Source: Tubulanus polymorphus (lineage: Eukaryota; Animalia; Nemertea). Taken from it: DNA of 64,000 bases. The position numbers and the translations under genes were made by a program. A model generated the notes under the pieces. The model ran no database searches. It was not told the DNA's origin and worked only from the letters and a program-made list of their open reading frames with translations. Shown here piece by piece: positions 1 through 13,514 of this stretch (its first letter is position 1; each line of letters begins with the position of its first letter). The stretch spans positions 1,942,131-2,006,130 of the forward strand of contig NC_134033.1 of the NCBI RefSeq assembly GCF_964204645.1. Reading direction: 5' to 3'.

Positions 1-9
1 AAAAATTAC

Positions 10-147
10 CTTTTTTCGTTTTCTTTTGCGTTTCTTTTTCGGCGGCGGCGGCGTGATCGTGTACAGCGACGCCCTCGGTGGCAGGATACCCCACGCGCGT
101 CCGAACGCCAGACGGAACAACGAAACCCAACGCTGTTCGTGGAACAT
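10..147 (-). CDS. Probable alternative first coding exon of the IQCJ-SCHIP1-like gene (MFHEQRWVSLFRLAFGRAWGILPPRASLYTITPPPPKKKRKRKRKK)
   Basis: ATG at 147, with an in-frame stop upstream at 274-276. 46 codons end in AAG|gtaatt, a phase-0 donor matching the phase of the 37843 donor. CG-rich, coding-like composition. Assignment to SCHIP1 is inference. Confidence 0.55.
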
Positions 148-628
148 CGTCGATATCGGAAAACGACGAAAACGTCGAAAATATCTCCGTAAAAAAACGC
201 GACAGTTAGAAATATTCCTCGGATACGGGCGAGGAGTCGATGACTTCGACAGTCGTGACTTCAAATACAGAAGTCATAAAATATATATCACAGTTTTCGT
301 AAATTATTTTTTGTAAAAATATGATTTTTTTTTCTATAAAGAAAAGATTCGCGGTCGCAGAAAAATGATTGGAAGACTGGAAAATTAGATCGATTTAAGC
401 AGCATCAATAGCAACAAGTCGCATCATAGCAGCAGGTCGCACCAGAGTTAACAGAACCTTCGATATCCTGAGTTCCAACTAAATCCTAGAAACAGGACCC
501 AGTCTTAAGTTATATCCAAAATAACGCTTAGTTTAAACCGATTCAAACTTAAAACTGGACTTAGGATTTAAGTCTCTGTTAAAAGTATACTTGTTAAACG
601 CAGCTGAAGTCTTTCATTCTCAGCAGCA

Positions 629-629
<1 letters not shown>

Positions 630-662
<33 letters not shown>
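630..662. repeat. (AT)n microsatellite
   Basis: Direct reading. Confidence 0.95.
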
Positions 663-664
<2 letters not shown>

Positions 665-1214
665 CAACGGTTATATCCAAATAACTGCTAAAACAGGGTT
701 TAAATCCTTTAAATACGATTTGAATCGAAAACTATCGATTCACTGGACTTCGTCACAGCACAATCAGCAACATTTAGTAAAACTAGTTTAAAACGAAATT
801 ATATAAAATAATCTATTATCAAATCCAGACAAATTCTCGGACGGTCAGAGTTCTATCCGTCTGTTGAGAAAATATCAAATCCGTCTGCTTCGATCAGGGC
901 GAGATTCCGAACTAAACACCCGGATTCTACCGATCGTTGATCGACATTAGCCGCTTTCAGGGCCGAAAACGGTCGATGTTCATTAGGAATTCCGTAAACG
1001 CCCTAAAAGTCGAACTCAACCGACCGTTCGGCCACTTCCCGAGTTGTCGTTCGGTGGTTCACACCCGACGCCCCGCGATTAGATACTTAATCAGCCTGAT
1101 TTTTATGATTAGTTCGTACCGACCGGTTTTCATTGTCATAACCGATGTTATTCCAGGCGAGGTCGCGTGGTGCGATATTCCATCGGCAAAACATCCGTAC
1201 GAATCCTCGCGGGC

Positions 1215-1357
1215 AAAATCTCCAGTGATCTCCGAAGAAATTTGAGGCAAAATTTCTGGCAATCTCCGAAGAAATTCGAGGCAAAATTTCTGGCAATCTC
1301 CGAAGAAATTCGAGGCAAAATTTTCGGCAATCTCCGAAGAAATTCGGGGCAAATTTT
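1215..1357. repeat. ~34-bp minisatellite (aatctccgaagaaattcgaggcaaaatttctggc), ~4 copies
   Basis: Direct tandem repeat; explains the repetitive ORFs at 1059-1388. Confidence 0.9.
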
Positions 1358-3799
1358 CGATAACAATTCGCGCGAAATTTTATGCTAAAAGACTGAGAAA
1401 AGTCAGTCTGAATTTAAGCAAAACTTTCTAAAAGATCGGGCAAATTCTTCATCCCCGAATTCTTTGATGGATTTCAGTTTAATGCGAAATATTGCTAGAA
1501 TATTCAAAGTTTAAAATTTCACGCGCAAACACACCGTAAAAATTCGACGAAATCCGCAATCGGAAATTTCTGGCAAATATTCAAGCGCAAATTCAGAGCT
1601 TAATTTCGAATAAAAAACAACGAAATTCCTACGATGCGAAAACGTTTGAGAAAATTGTCGATGAACATTCCATTTAAATAATCCATCAATTTCGCTGCGA
1701 TTTGTTAAAAATACTGCGTTATAAAAATCTCCTAGAAAAATAACTCTGTTTATCCGCGAAATATGTACTCGACATTTCAAACCGATTTAGCAGTCTGGGA
1801 CGGTTTTCATGATCGCGGTCCCGACAACAATGAGTTGCTGCTATCGTTTGTTGTTCGTAGGTGGCGCCGTCGAACACCGGCCGCGTAAGGCACATTAGTT
1901 AATCGTCTATTTATAAGTATTGCTTTTCCGAGAATGTTTTCACGTCGGCCTTGACAACCGGGCGCGCGGCGGTACGGGTAATTGTTTTTTCGCGCGATCT
2001 CTCTCGCGGGGTCGTAGCCGGCCGCCAGCTACGTGAAGAGTTTCCGCAAATTCGACGAGCCGATAACAATAAACGACCATCCTCTATTAAACTACGGCGG
2101 GCATATTCACCGGAATCGATCGTCAAAATCGTAATCGATTTACGCGTTCGTTTCGGCGGAAAAACGATTCGACACCGTTCCTTTTAGCGCGCGATTCGAA
2201 TTACGAATTTCCGATAAAAAACTGAGAATAAACTTTCTCTAAATTTCTTCGTCGAATTGAGACTTTTATCTTCCTCAGAAACCTGATTAAAACAAAGCCG
2301 CTTCACTTGTTGATTTCCTTTGGGTTTTCATTCTCAAAAAAAAAACCTGTCCCACATTCCCATCAGAAATTCCACTGCGCCTGAAAATCGTTCAAATCCC
2401 CAACCTGTCTGTTTCAAGTTCCGCAGAAAATTCCATTCTCGTCGTTGATTTCAAAATGTTCCATTTTCACTTTTCGTTCAAATCAAACGTGGCCAAAAAT
2501 CTTCAGAAATTGATTGCAAAACGTTTTTTTTTTGGTTTTCCTCTTGAATCCGTCTGCTGAACTGTCTGCGTCTGCTCGCGAACTCTCAATCCGTCTGCTC
2601 CATCTGAATTCTTTGTTTCGCGGTTTACGGATGTCGTGAGTCAATACGATCTCGACTCATCAATTCCCTTCATTTAATCACCGGATCCTGCTGCTGCCGC
2701 TGCTGCTGATGCAGCAGGTCGACGTGATGCTGACACTTTCATCCCCCTGTTCCCTCTCCGGCGTGTCTCATACCGATATTTATAGCCACTGACAAAACGT
2801 TCGCATTAAGATCTACTCAAAATTCGTAACCAAAAAAAGAAGAATCGATATTTTGACACACGTCGATAGAAGCTGATTTCAGAGTAGAGATTCAGAAATC
2901 TGAGTAATTGGAATAATCATTGATGAAACACTTTAGTAGTATTCCTGATAATGAGTATAGGAGAGTCAATATGTTGAATAAAACAACTACTAGCTCAAGG
3001 AAACATTTCTGACCCCCTTTTCTTTCATTTCTTTTCTTTCCACTTAATACTTCATCAAATTTTGAAGTCACATTTTGACTACATGCAACCACATATGAGT
3101 CATTAGCTTATGTCCACGTCCAAGCGGTCATCAGGTGACCACCACCGATGTGGTCACCTGAAACAAACCTTAATTGACGACCAACTAAACGGGACCGCTG
3201 AAAAGTGGTCCTAAAAATGACCACTATCGCCGGATGACCACTAAGATGTCAGACCAGGAAGGTGTGGTCACTCATCTGAAAGAAGAATGACCATTCAATA
3301 TGTGGTCAATCGATGATCACTTCTAAAAAGTAACTGCTTAGATGTGGTCACTCATCTGCCCACCTCAAGTGACTGCATAAGCTTTGGTCATGTTAACAGA
3401 TAAATGACTACTCCCAAACAGTGGTCATCAGTTAATTGACCACTCCCAACAGCGGTCATCAGTTAATTGACCACCTCGAACAGTGGTTAGAACTTAACGA
3501 TATCTAAAGGTGAATTTACTTCGAAAATGGTTTTTCAAATTATGCGTCAACGTGTCCTTCAAAAAATCAATTATTGTCAGATCGATATCGCAGTTCTTCG
3601 GACTAAAAAACAAAACTCAAGAATCATTTCATAATCGATTACTCCCAGGTGATGCTGACCTCCGTGAATCTGTACCCGTTACCCCTGACAGTTGTGACCG
3701 GGACGACCCGTGTTACCCCGCGGGCTGCGATTATTGTTTGTACATAGTTCCAAGGTTAAGATTATGATCGGAATTAATGGTGTTTATGCGTTGACGACG

Positions 3800-4065
3800 A
3801 CATGATGACAGCTTCCTCCAATAGATGGCGATGACTTTCTAAAATAGATTCCCATAAATTCATCGCTTCAACACTAGATGGCAGCACCATCTTAAATAAT
3901 CTAAGCAGACGGACACGATGACAGCTTCCACCAATAGATGGCGATGACTGTCTAAGATAAATTCCCATAAATTCGTCGCTTCAACACTAGATGGCAGCAC
4001 CTTCTCTCAGAATGCAAGCAGACGGACACGATTAGTACTTAGATAAGCCGATAGATGGCGAAGTG
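3800..4065 (+). promoter_or_regulatory. Local duplication carrying five co-oriented CTCF-like motifs (caacactagatggcagcac, ccaatagatggcgatg)
   Basis: Motifs at ~3817, 3868, 3928, 3982 and 4048 resemble the CTCF core CCACYAGRKGGCRS. Binding is untested. Confidence 0.45.
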
Positions 4066-4894
4066 GTGCGATGAGAGGAAGCAGACTGATTTATGGTAAA
4101 CGACTCCCGTCGCGAGACAGGGCAGTCGTGCGTGGTAGTCGTGGTAACCGTCACATCGCAACAATCGTCTGCTGATAGAGGGAGCCACCGTCCGTAAATC
4201 AATCAGCAAAACAAACTGTTGATCGGTCGAAGCGTGAACCAGACTTTCCAAATAATCCATTCATGAATCTAATCAGAATAATATCGGAGGGAAGTTTTTA
4301 TATAACGTCCACAGAATGAGCTAGCGTGATGAAAGATATTTCTGTAAGAAGCGCAGTCAGGAAAAAGAAAGATCTGCCCTTACAAGATATTTCAAACATT
4401 TCTGGTCAAAATTGAGAGGAGAGGCGAGGAGAAAGGAGAGGTGACAAGAGAGGTGAGGAGAGAGAGGAGGGAGTGAGGGGAGAGTAAGAAGAGAGGTGAA
4501 AAGAGGAGGGAGCGCAGAATTCAGCCGTAGTTAAATTAACAAGTACCAATTATTTTGAGTTACGAAACGGCAAATTTCGAAAACGTCGAATAAAGAGGGG
4601 ATTGAAATATTGAGGTAAAATTAAATCTGTCATTGCCTCACATTTATCACGTTTTCCTTCCCTCGCACAATATAACGACCAGTTTCTGTTGGTAGTTTGT
4701 CGTTAGAACATTTGAAAATACAAATCATAACTGTAGTTGCCGAATCAGAAAAAAAATGAAAAAATAGTGCTTTAGACACCAGTCTGATTTACGTAATCGA
4801 TATGTTAAGCATTTGCTAGAAGGGGTAGAAGGGGAGTGTATTGACCGCACTAGACATGTATGGGGGGATATAGTGAAATAAATGAGACAGGTAG

Positions 4895-5190
4895 GACAGG
4901 GGGAGGAGGGTTTGTGGATTGAACACTCAGGATGGGTATAGCCGGGGGAGGAGGGTTTGTAGATTGAGCACTCATCAGGGTCGGGTATAGCCGGGGGGAG
5001 GGGGGTTGTAGATTGAACACTCATCAGGGTCAGGTATAGCCGGGGGAGGGGGGTTTATAGATTGAACACTCATCAGGGTCGGGTATAGCCGGGGGGAGGG
5101 GGGTTTGTAGATTGAACACTCATCAGGGTCGGGTATAGCCGGGGGGAGGGGGGTTTATAGATTGAACACTCCATCAGGGTCGGGTATAGC
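4895..5190. repeat. ~50-bp G-rich minisatellite (catcagggtcgggtatagccggggggagggggtttgtagattgaacact), ~6 copies
   Basis: Direct tandem repeat with four G-runs per unit. Confidence 0.9.
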
Positions 5191-5354
5191 ACAGTGTACA
5201 TATAGACTTCTGTCACTCTATTGCAAACATTTCCACATGCAACAGAATATTTTATACTGTATAAATTCTCGAGGGTGTCGTTAGATAATTCTGCTAAAAT
5301 CATCCGAGGTCGCGTTGAAAATTCCATTACACAAACAAATATTGGAGCACAGCT

Positions 5355-5785
5355 GCGTCTAATGAGGGGTAGGGGGACCTTGAAATCATTTTCAGGACAA
5401 TCAGAATTTCTTTTTAAATTTTGAAATCTAATCAAGGGTAGGGTGACCTTGAAATATTTTTTAGGATAATAAAATTTTTTTAAATAATTTTGAATCACGG
5501 GACCTTGAGATCATTTTTAGGACAATCAGAATTTTTCTTGAAATTTTGAAATCTAATCAGGGCTAGGGGGACCTTGAAATCATTTTTAGGATGATAAAAT
5601 TTTTCTTAATAATTTTGAATCAGGGGTAGGGGGGTTAGGATAATAAATTTTTCTTAAATTTTGAATCAAGGATAGGGGGACCTTGAGATCATTTTTAGGA
5701 CGATCAGAATCTTTTTCTAAAAATTTTGAATCTAATCAGAGGTAGGGTCACCTTGAAATGATTTTCAGGACAATCGATCAGAATT
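5355..5785. repeat. Degenerate ~60-bp tandem repeat (gggtagggggaccttgaaatcatttttagga...)
   Basis: Repeated gaccttgaaatcatttt core, ~6 copies. Confidence 0.8.
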
Positions 5786-6153
5786 CTGTTTTTTGCCTCC
5801 CACATGAGGGAAGGGACTAACGTGTCAACAACACGTATAAACTAGCATCGACAGCCTGATAGATCGATGTACCTCCTCCTCCTCGGGGAACACGCGGATA
5901 TCCGGAGATGGGAGACACACGAATCTAATCCGTAATAAACACATATTTCCCTAGTACGGTAATCCATCCACGCGTTAATGATTGACAGGCAATCATCACG
6001 TAGTGGTAGTAGTTACTCTCAACTCGCAGTGGTACCGCATAGAGACTCTGAGATATCAACAGTTACAGTACGGACTCCGGAGTCCGGGACACGCTAATCT
6101 ATTCGTAAAAATGGTGATCAAGATGAAATGTTAGGTTTAAGAACCAACTCCAG

Positions 6154-6279
6154 GGGCCGGTTGCATGGTCATGGCCAGTCTAAGACCAACTTAGTTCTAT
6201 AGCCAATCTAACAACTTAAGACCAGTCTTAAGATTTAAGACCACTTTTTTGACTTAAGTCACGACTGTGCAACTGGCCC
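6154..6279 (+). mobile_element. Harbinger/PIF-like MITE family A, CAG TSD
   Basis: TIRs GGGCCGGTTGCATGGTC / GACTGTGCAACTGGCCC; CAG at 6151-6153 and 6280-6282. Confidence 0.75.
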
Positions 6280-6517
6280 CAGGGCCCAGTTCCAAAGGCT
6301 TAAACCAGCCGAATACCATTTTGGGCCAGTAGCCAGGACAAGTCTTATACCAATTTTCCTTAAAAAAAACGTGTTTCTGAATTCAATTCTCCACTCCAGT
6401 CTTCCCTTAGAAAATCAATTTTTTAATACTTTTACATACGTTAAAATTGCTCAGAAATTTAGAGTCACCCTAGAAAATTCCTAGCAATCAGTTTGACAAG
6501 GTCATCAGAGAATGGTA

Positions 6518-6750
6518 GCTGGTATTGTTAGTGAATAGAGTCACCTCACGCCTGACTGATCACCTATCACCAGCTATCTGACAAACTTACGAACTGAACC
6601 AGTCACCACAGTTCTGTGGTCTATTGGTAGAACACAGGATTTGGAACTCGGGGACCCAGGTTCAAATCCCAGTGGTGGCTAAGATTAGTGTGAAGCTTGT
6701 CCTAGGAGTGGTACAAAGGACAGGGCCAGGGGTATTTTGAGGAAAAAAAT
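6518..6750 (+). mobile_element. tRNA-derived dispersed repeat (SINE-like), copy 1
   Basis: A-box-like TGGTCTATTGG and B-box GGTTCAAATCC; shares the upstream block tgttagtgaatagagtcacctcac with three other copies. Confidence 0.6.
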
Positions 6751-8629
6751 GTTTTGCCCTGATTTTGTCATTTTCGCAAATTTAGGGAAAGACAAACCCA
6801 GTCCGGTAAGGGTTAAAACAACCTCTGAAGGACGGGTTTTAATACCGAGCGTCGATACTCGGCAGACGACTTACCCAGATAATCCTCTGTTCATCGGTAA
6901 TGATCGTCCAGCGACGGTGCCAGAACTTGAAATTACCGTTACGACTGTACATCATTTTAAACGCACCGCTAACGCCACCTGGCGGTGACGACGATGCTCG
7001 TGAAACTAGACGCCTAACGTTCGAACACTTTCACGATTTCGTAGTTGATGAACATTTTTATATCGAACAACATCACGACCGTGAAAACCGAAACTTTTTC
7101 GCTATCTCAAAAATTCCTTTCGCCGAAAAAAAATAATCCGGATTTATCTCGATATGTCAATATCGATATATCTATATAAGTATATATTTCTCGTAATCCA
7201 ATTAAGAGTTAATTACGTTAATTACCGGACGACTTTCGGGGGGATAGCCTAGCGAACAATTCTTGACCCATTTTCGACCGAATGGGAACAGGTCCATGTA
7301 AAAACTCCGTACTCAGTTTTGTCTATCCAAAGTTTCCGCCCAATTTGGTAAAATCATATTCGAATTAACGGGCAAGATTTCAAAAACCTTTTCATCTAGA
7401 TTTTTCAAATCAGTTTTCTATGCTAACCGTGTTTCGACGAGAATGAGAAGCTTTTCCGGAAATAAATACGTCCTCGGAGACAAGGCCTCGCTCTTAAGAA
7501 ATCTATTTCAACCGTCTAAATGTCAACGAGATCAACAAATCCCTATAAACCGCAATTTCATGCATTAACCTTTGCGACCACTTCGTAAAAAGTTACCGTA
7601 ACTTTACGCTCCTAATCCGTCGGGTGATTCGTCCTTAGAGCGGGCGTATGAATACGTAGCGCGTAACGATACGAAATAGTTCCAATTTCGTCGAGCGTAA
7701 AAAGGCTTTCGACGCCGTCAAAATCGTCGGCGTCTGCTACGAGACTAATTCTATCTACGTACGGATTTAAACGCGTTTTTCGAGACATTACGTTCACGAC
7801 GTCTGCCCGGAGTCCGAGTCCGTCTGCCGTGCGTCCGTCTGTTCAGCTCGACCGCGAATATCGACGACGTCACGTTTCGAATTGTCGTATTTCATTTTCG
7901 AATCAACGGTTTGGATAAAAAACACAAACATCTTTTGGCGCAAAACTCGTTAAAATCCAATCCCGAGAATCGAAATTTTATCATCATCGAAATCCTTCAT
8001 TTCGCTTTCAAAAAGTGTTTTAGGTAAAACGAGAAAAAAAAAAGTTTGTGTAAATTTTCCAAGATCGCGAAAATTATCCAGACGATTTTGATGGCGGTTG
8101 CTTTTCATAAAAAAAGAAAATAAGAAGCGAGAATTTCTCTATTCACAAACACAATTCATAATTCATAAAATCTTTCTCCTATAACGATCACGGCTTCCTC
8201 CGAGTTTACGACCACGCTGACCGGGTTCGAGTACTTAAAATACCCGTCGTCGCTGATTTCCTGATCGTCCGACGATTGTTCGAATATTTTTCCCTCGTTA
8301 ACAGTTCGTTAGCGATAACGATGTTAATTGTTATAATTAGGTTTATATAATCGTCGTATGGTCGTTGTTTTTTCCACGCTACTGTCGACGCAGTAGGAAA
8401 CGTCGCGGTCCTTGCCCGGTTCCTGACCTACGTACGAATGGTTAATCGAATCGATCTCATTTATACATTTCTATCACCTATGTATAGTTAACAATAACCG
8501 GGACCAGATCTACAGTTGGGTCTTGAGCTTAACCGCGGTCTAAGCTCAATTCGGTCTAGTTTCACCGATGAAACTTAAGACATGACTCATGCCTGTGCAG
8601 CGGAATCTGGTTCCACAATTGAGACTTAA

Positions 8630-8885
8630 GCCACGATCACACGTGCCTAATTCGGCCCGGAACAACTATTCACACGGGTGCCAAATGGGCCCGAGCTCAA
8701 CCAAAAACGTCGGACCAGGCCCGAGCCAAATTTTAGCACCAGACAAAAAATGATTGCGTTTGAATTGCAACTGGTACCGGAAATGATCCACTTCGCTTTG
8801 TTAGAGCATTGTTTAGTATCTAGTGAATGGTTTACGTGCGAAAGCGCTCTCTAATTAGGCACGGGCCAAATTTGGCCCGAGCCGC
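8630..8885 (-). mobile_element. Partial copy of the MITE family seen at 32397-32698
   Basis: gccacgatcacacg end plus reverse-complement similarity to the internal sequence of the 32.4-kb copy. Confidence 0.6.
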
Positions 8886-9539
8886 TTTAGGATAAGCCAG
8901 GTAACAATCATTTTGGTCCAGTTACACAGTTACGTAAGTCTCGAGATAAAACCAGCGTAAACCGGTATAATATTTATCTATGACTGGAACCGCAGGTATG
9001 GTTACAGTAAACATGGTTTAGAAATGTAGAAATGAGAATCAGTGAACAGTTCAACAAAGAGAGGAATCAAAGATCGGTCTTTTCTGGAGGAATCAAAGAT
9101 CGGTCTTTTCTGTAGATTTGCAGTTTAGTCTTGTATTAGCTTTAAAATGATATATCATAATCATGTATATGATAAGGATAACATTAATGTTGCCGACAGG
9201 ATAGTGGATAGGATAGTGGATAGGATAGTGGATAGATTTGTGGATTGATAATTGCGTTGACCGTTGATGATATTCATTCAAGGTCTCAGACGGAGATGAT
9301 GAAACTGACGATGAAAGGTTTCGACAATTTAATGATTCCCGTAAAGTGTAGTTTAAATAAAATGATCCGACACCGAGATTCTGTATTAGAGATGATTGAT
9401 TACTGAACCGGTGAGGAGCAGGTCTGGACCTCGTGAGAGCTGAAATACTCGCGGAGATACAGCACTATATAAGAACCCCATCACCTTCATGGTTTTGTAG
9501 ACAGAATTAATGAAACCTTGCTTGCTACAGCAATGTCGT

Positions 9540-9925
9540 ACTGTTCACTAGCAACACCTGGTAGATCCTCACTCGCCACAAGTGGAATCCTCTATTGCCA
9601 CAGTAGTTGATGTCCTACTACACACTAGCGACACCTGGTGTAATGCCACTTGCCATAATGGATCTTCACTTGCAACAAGTGGAATCCTCTATTGCCACAG
9701 TAGTTGATGTCCTACTACACACTAGCGACACCTGGTGTAATGCCACTTGCCATAATGGATCTTCACTTGCAACAAGTGGAATCCTCTATTGCCACAGTAG
9801 TTGATGTCTTACTGCATTCTAGCGACACCTGGGGGATCCTCACTTGCCACAAGTGGAATCCTATATTGCCGCAGTAGTTGATATCCTACTGCACACTAGC
9901 GACACCTTGTGGATGCACCACAAGT
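9540..9925. repeat. Tandem/dispersed repeat family (ctagcgacacctggtggatcctcacttgcc...; ~79-110-bp units)
   Basis: Same family occurs inverted at 11875-12230 and at 57175-57660. Confidence 0.85.
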
Positions 9926-10167
9926 TGAATCATCGATATCTGCATTTCAGAACACGTTGGTCCTCAGACATTCTGACAGAAAAAAAACGATTAATCATCG
10001 CAGAAAGTAACTGACCCCCCACGCCGACCTGATTCTGACACAGACCTTATGGTTCTATGACAAGAAACTATCGAATTACCAACTTATAATCAATAAGTGT
10101 CGAGTAATATGAGAAGACGGACGTTGCATTCATACAATCTTAGTCTGTTACATAGTCGAGACTTCAA

Positions 10168-10700
10168 TATAAGACCAGTCTAAGCTCATCATAGTTCTAT
10201 AGCTAATCTAACAACTTGAGGCCAGTCTAAGCTCATTTTGGTTCTATAACCAATCTATCAAATTAAGACCAGTCTAAACTCATTTTGGTTCTATAACCAA
10301 TCTAACAACTTAAGACCAGTCTAAGCTCATTTTGGTTCTATAACCAATCTAACAACTTAAGACCAGTCTTAGCTCATTTTAGTTCTATAACCAATCTAAC
10401 AACTTAAGACCAGTCTAAGCTCATTTTAGTTCTATAGCCAATCTAACAACTTAAGACCAGTCTAAACTCATTTTAGGTCTATAACCAATCTAACATCTTA
10501 AGACCAGTCTAAGCTCATTTTAGTTCTATAACCAATCTAACATCTTAAGACCAGTCTAAGCTCATTTTAGTTCTATAGCCAATCTAACAACTTAAGACCA
10601 GTCTAAACGCATGTCGGTTCTATAACCAATCTAACAGCAGATTAAGACAAATCTTAACTTATTTTAGTTTAGTTTTAAACCAATCTATTAACAACTTAAG
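10168..10700. repeat. 47-bp tandem array (taagaccagtctaagctcattttggttctataaccaatctaacaact), ~11 copies, derived from the MITE A interior
   Basis: The unit matches the internal segment of MITE A. Further arrays at ~11322-11530, 20555-20675, 25195-25310, 42285-42466 and 44225-44600. Confidence 0.9.
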
Positions 10701-11118
10701 ATAAATACTAGTTTCAGATTTGAGCACCATCGATCCATTTTCTACTTGATATTCTGTCTGAGTCACAATCGACGAGGTGAGGTACACCCGCAATCAACAG
10801 TATACGGGTTACCACGGCAACTCAACGGGGAGTCTATTGTTGTATGGGGTACGTTTTTTACCTACGCTCATGACTACAGCTCATGAGTTCGTTAACGCGC
10901 ATCAGAAACAGCAAAAATCATTCTACCACTGGTATCAAGAACATTTCAAAATCAGAGCTTAGTTCTCGTTCGAAGTGGTTAGATCGTTTAGAGACCCCCA
11001 AAAAAACTAAACCTTGCACAGATGTGGCTTAGATTTAAGATTCATTTTAGTTCTATAGCCAAGCTAACAGCTTAATACCAGTTAAAACACATTCTGGTTC
11101 TATAACCAATCTAACAAC

Positions 11119-11320
11119 TTAACCATTTCAGTGTGTCTACACTGCAGTGCGGTGTACGAATCAGTGATGGATTTTGCTAGAACACCGCACTGTGGTGCAT
11201 TGATTTTATTAGCAATTACTAATTATCTCTCTTGAAAGATGGCAGCACCTGTCAAACATAGTGAAATATGAGTAACTAACGATACACCGCACCATGGTGT
11301 AGACGCACTATAGTGCTATT
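11119..11320 (+). mobile_element. Truncated piggyBac-like MITE copy
   Basis: ttaaccatttcagtg left end and internal similarity to 29563-29836. Confidence 0.65.
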
Positions 11321-11874
11321 CCTAAGACCAGTCTAAGCTCATTTTGGTTCTAGAACCAATCTAACAACTTAAGACCAGTCTAAGCTCATTTGGTTATATA
11401 ACCTATCAAACAGTTTAAGACCAGACTAAGCTCATTTTGGTTCTATGACCTATCAAACAATTTAAGACCAGACTAAGCTCATTTTGGTTATATAACCTAT
11501 CAAACAGTTTAAGACCAGTCTAAACACATTTATATTCTATAATCAGTTTAAGAATTCAAGTTCCTACTGACGCAACTTTTGAGGCTTTAAGCACTGTCTA
11601 GACATAAGAGGTTGCGCGCAAAGATTTTGCAAACAAAAAGAAACATCTTTTAGAATTCAGAATAGGTTTGGAGAACAAGAACAGAGTCTAAGTGATGCAC
11701 GGTCTGTGATGATGATATTAGAATTTCAAATTTATCGAGTCTCGTTGAATTTGACTTTCAAACAAATTCGATTCACGCACTCAGACGCAGACTCTAATTT
11801 CCATCTGCCGAATTCGAAAAAAATTTGCACTTTTCATCAGATTTAAATCTAGTTCATGGCTTTCATGAAATGCG

Positions 11875-12230
11875 ACTGTGGCAATAGAGGATTCTGCTTG
11901 CAGCAAGTGGGGATCCACCAGATGTCGCCAGTGTGCAGTAAACATTAACTATTGCAACAATAGATGATTCCTACTATTGCAACAATAGATGATTCCACTT
12001 GTGCCAAATGAGGATCCACAAGGTGTCACTAGTGTGCAGTAGGACATAGACTACTGCAGCAGTGGAGGATTCCACTTGTGGCAAGTGAGGATCTACTAGG
12101 CGTCATTAGTGTCCAGTAGGACATCAACTACTGCGGCAATAGAGGATCCACCAGGTTTCGCTAGTGTGCAGTAGGACATGAACTACTGCTGCAACTGATG
12201 GTTCCCCTGTCATCAGGTGTTGCTAATAGT
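11875..12230. repeat. Inverted copy of the gatccaccaggtgtcgctag repeat family
   Basis: Reverse complement of the units at 9540-9925 and 57175-57660. Confidence 0.8.
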
Positions 12231-12621
12231 TATCAACGTTTGATCAATGTTCAGTAACACCACCTGGTGGCACGTCTGGATTTACGGGAAACCTGGTTGT
12301 AGCACGACCGGTGCTGCAGAATTGGATTTCACTGCTGTCTATATTCGTGTACACTCTCGAGGAATCAATGATAACTCATCTGTCTGTCGCCTGATTAAAC
12401 CAGCCCCGAGCAGACGACTCACGGTCGAATAGAAAACTGAATCAAAATTTCAACAAAAACCATCGTAGCGATCAGCGGATAAAAACACGCGCTAAACAGC
12501 GCAAAATAATGAGTGTTTGGTTCATATAAGCAATTTCGGGGAGGAGTCGGCTTGCAGTCCCAGTTCAACAGACGCAGGTTCAAAGTCAGGTTTCAAATGT
12601 ATTAGATCGGCCCGAGTAAGC

Positions 12622-13145
12622 AGGGCAGGTTATCAGTAATTGGTCGCGATGTGGGCAGGTTATCAGTAATTGGTCGCGGAGTGGGCAAGTTATCAGTAAT
12701 TGGTCGCGATGTGGGCAGGTTATCAGTAATTGGTCGCGATGTGGGCAGGTTATCAGTAATTGGTCGCAGAGTGGGCAGGTTATCAGTAATTGGTCGCGGA
12801 GTGGGCAGGTTGTCGGTAATTGGTCGCGGAGTGGGCAGGTTGTCAGTAATTGGTCACGGAGTGGGCAGGTTGTCCGTAATTGGTCACGGAGTGGGCAGGT
12901 TATCAGTAATGAGTCTTGGAATGGGCAGGTTGTCCGTAATTGGTCACGGAGTGGGCAGGTTATCAGTAATGAGTCTTGGAGTGGGCAGGTTGTCCGTAAT
13001 TTGTTTCGGAGTGGGCAGGTTATCAGTAATGAGTCTTGGAGTGGGCAGGTTGTCCGTAATTGGTCTCGGAGTGGGCAGGTTATCAGTAATGAGTCTTGGA
13101 GTGGGCAGGCTGTCCGTAATTGGTCGCAGAGTGGGCAGGTTATGA
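12622..13145. repeat. 30-bp minisatellite (gtgggcaggttatcagtaattggtcgcgga), ~17 copies
   Basis: Direct tandem repeat with variant blocks. Confidence 0.95.
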
Positions 13146-13514
13146 TAAATCGGGCTGAACGAGTGGGCGGCTCTGCTCCGGATGGAGGAGTCGGAGGGAA
13201 GCGCGTTGATTAAGACGGTAGCTATGACTCATAGATCGTATCGCGGTAAATGAAGAGACATTCGGAATACTAATCACTATCTGTACGTCTGCTGCTGGTA
13301 CTGTCGCTGCTGCGTCTGCCTGAGTTTCTGAGAACGTATCGCTCGCTGTAAGACAATTTGCATCGGATTCTTAACCATCGTCATCAACGTGACTCGAGTA
13401 TCTACGGATACCCGCGTATCAATGAGTCAGGATACAGTCAGATCACCCTGAAATAGCGATTCACGCAAGGTCACTGGCTAACAGGCAGTGTGTAAGCGAT
13501 AAGAAGGGCCGACA

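Noticed and set aside
10168-10700. Regular arrays (also 53.4 kb and 57.2 kb) as possible CRISPR arrays
   Set aside because: Head-to-tail repeats without unique spacers, no cas genes, eukaryotic context.
12651-13145. 164-aa ORF of VGRLSVIGRG repeats
   Set aside because: Translation of a 30-bp minisatellite with a GTG start.
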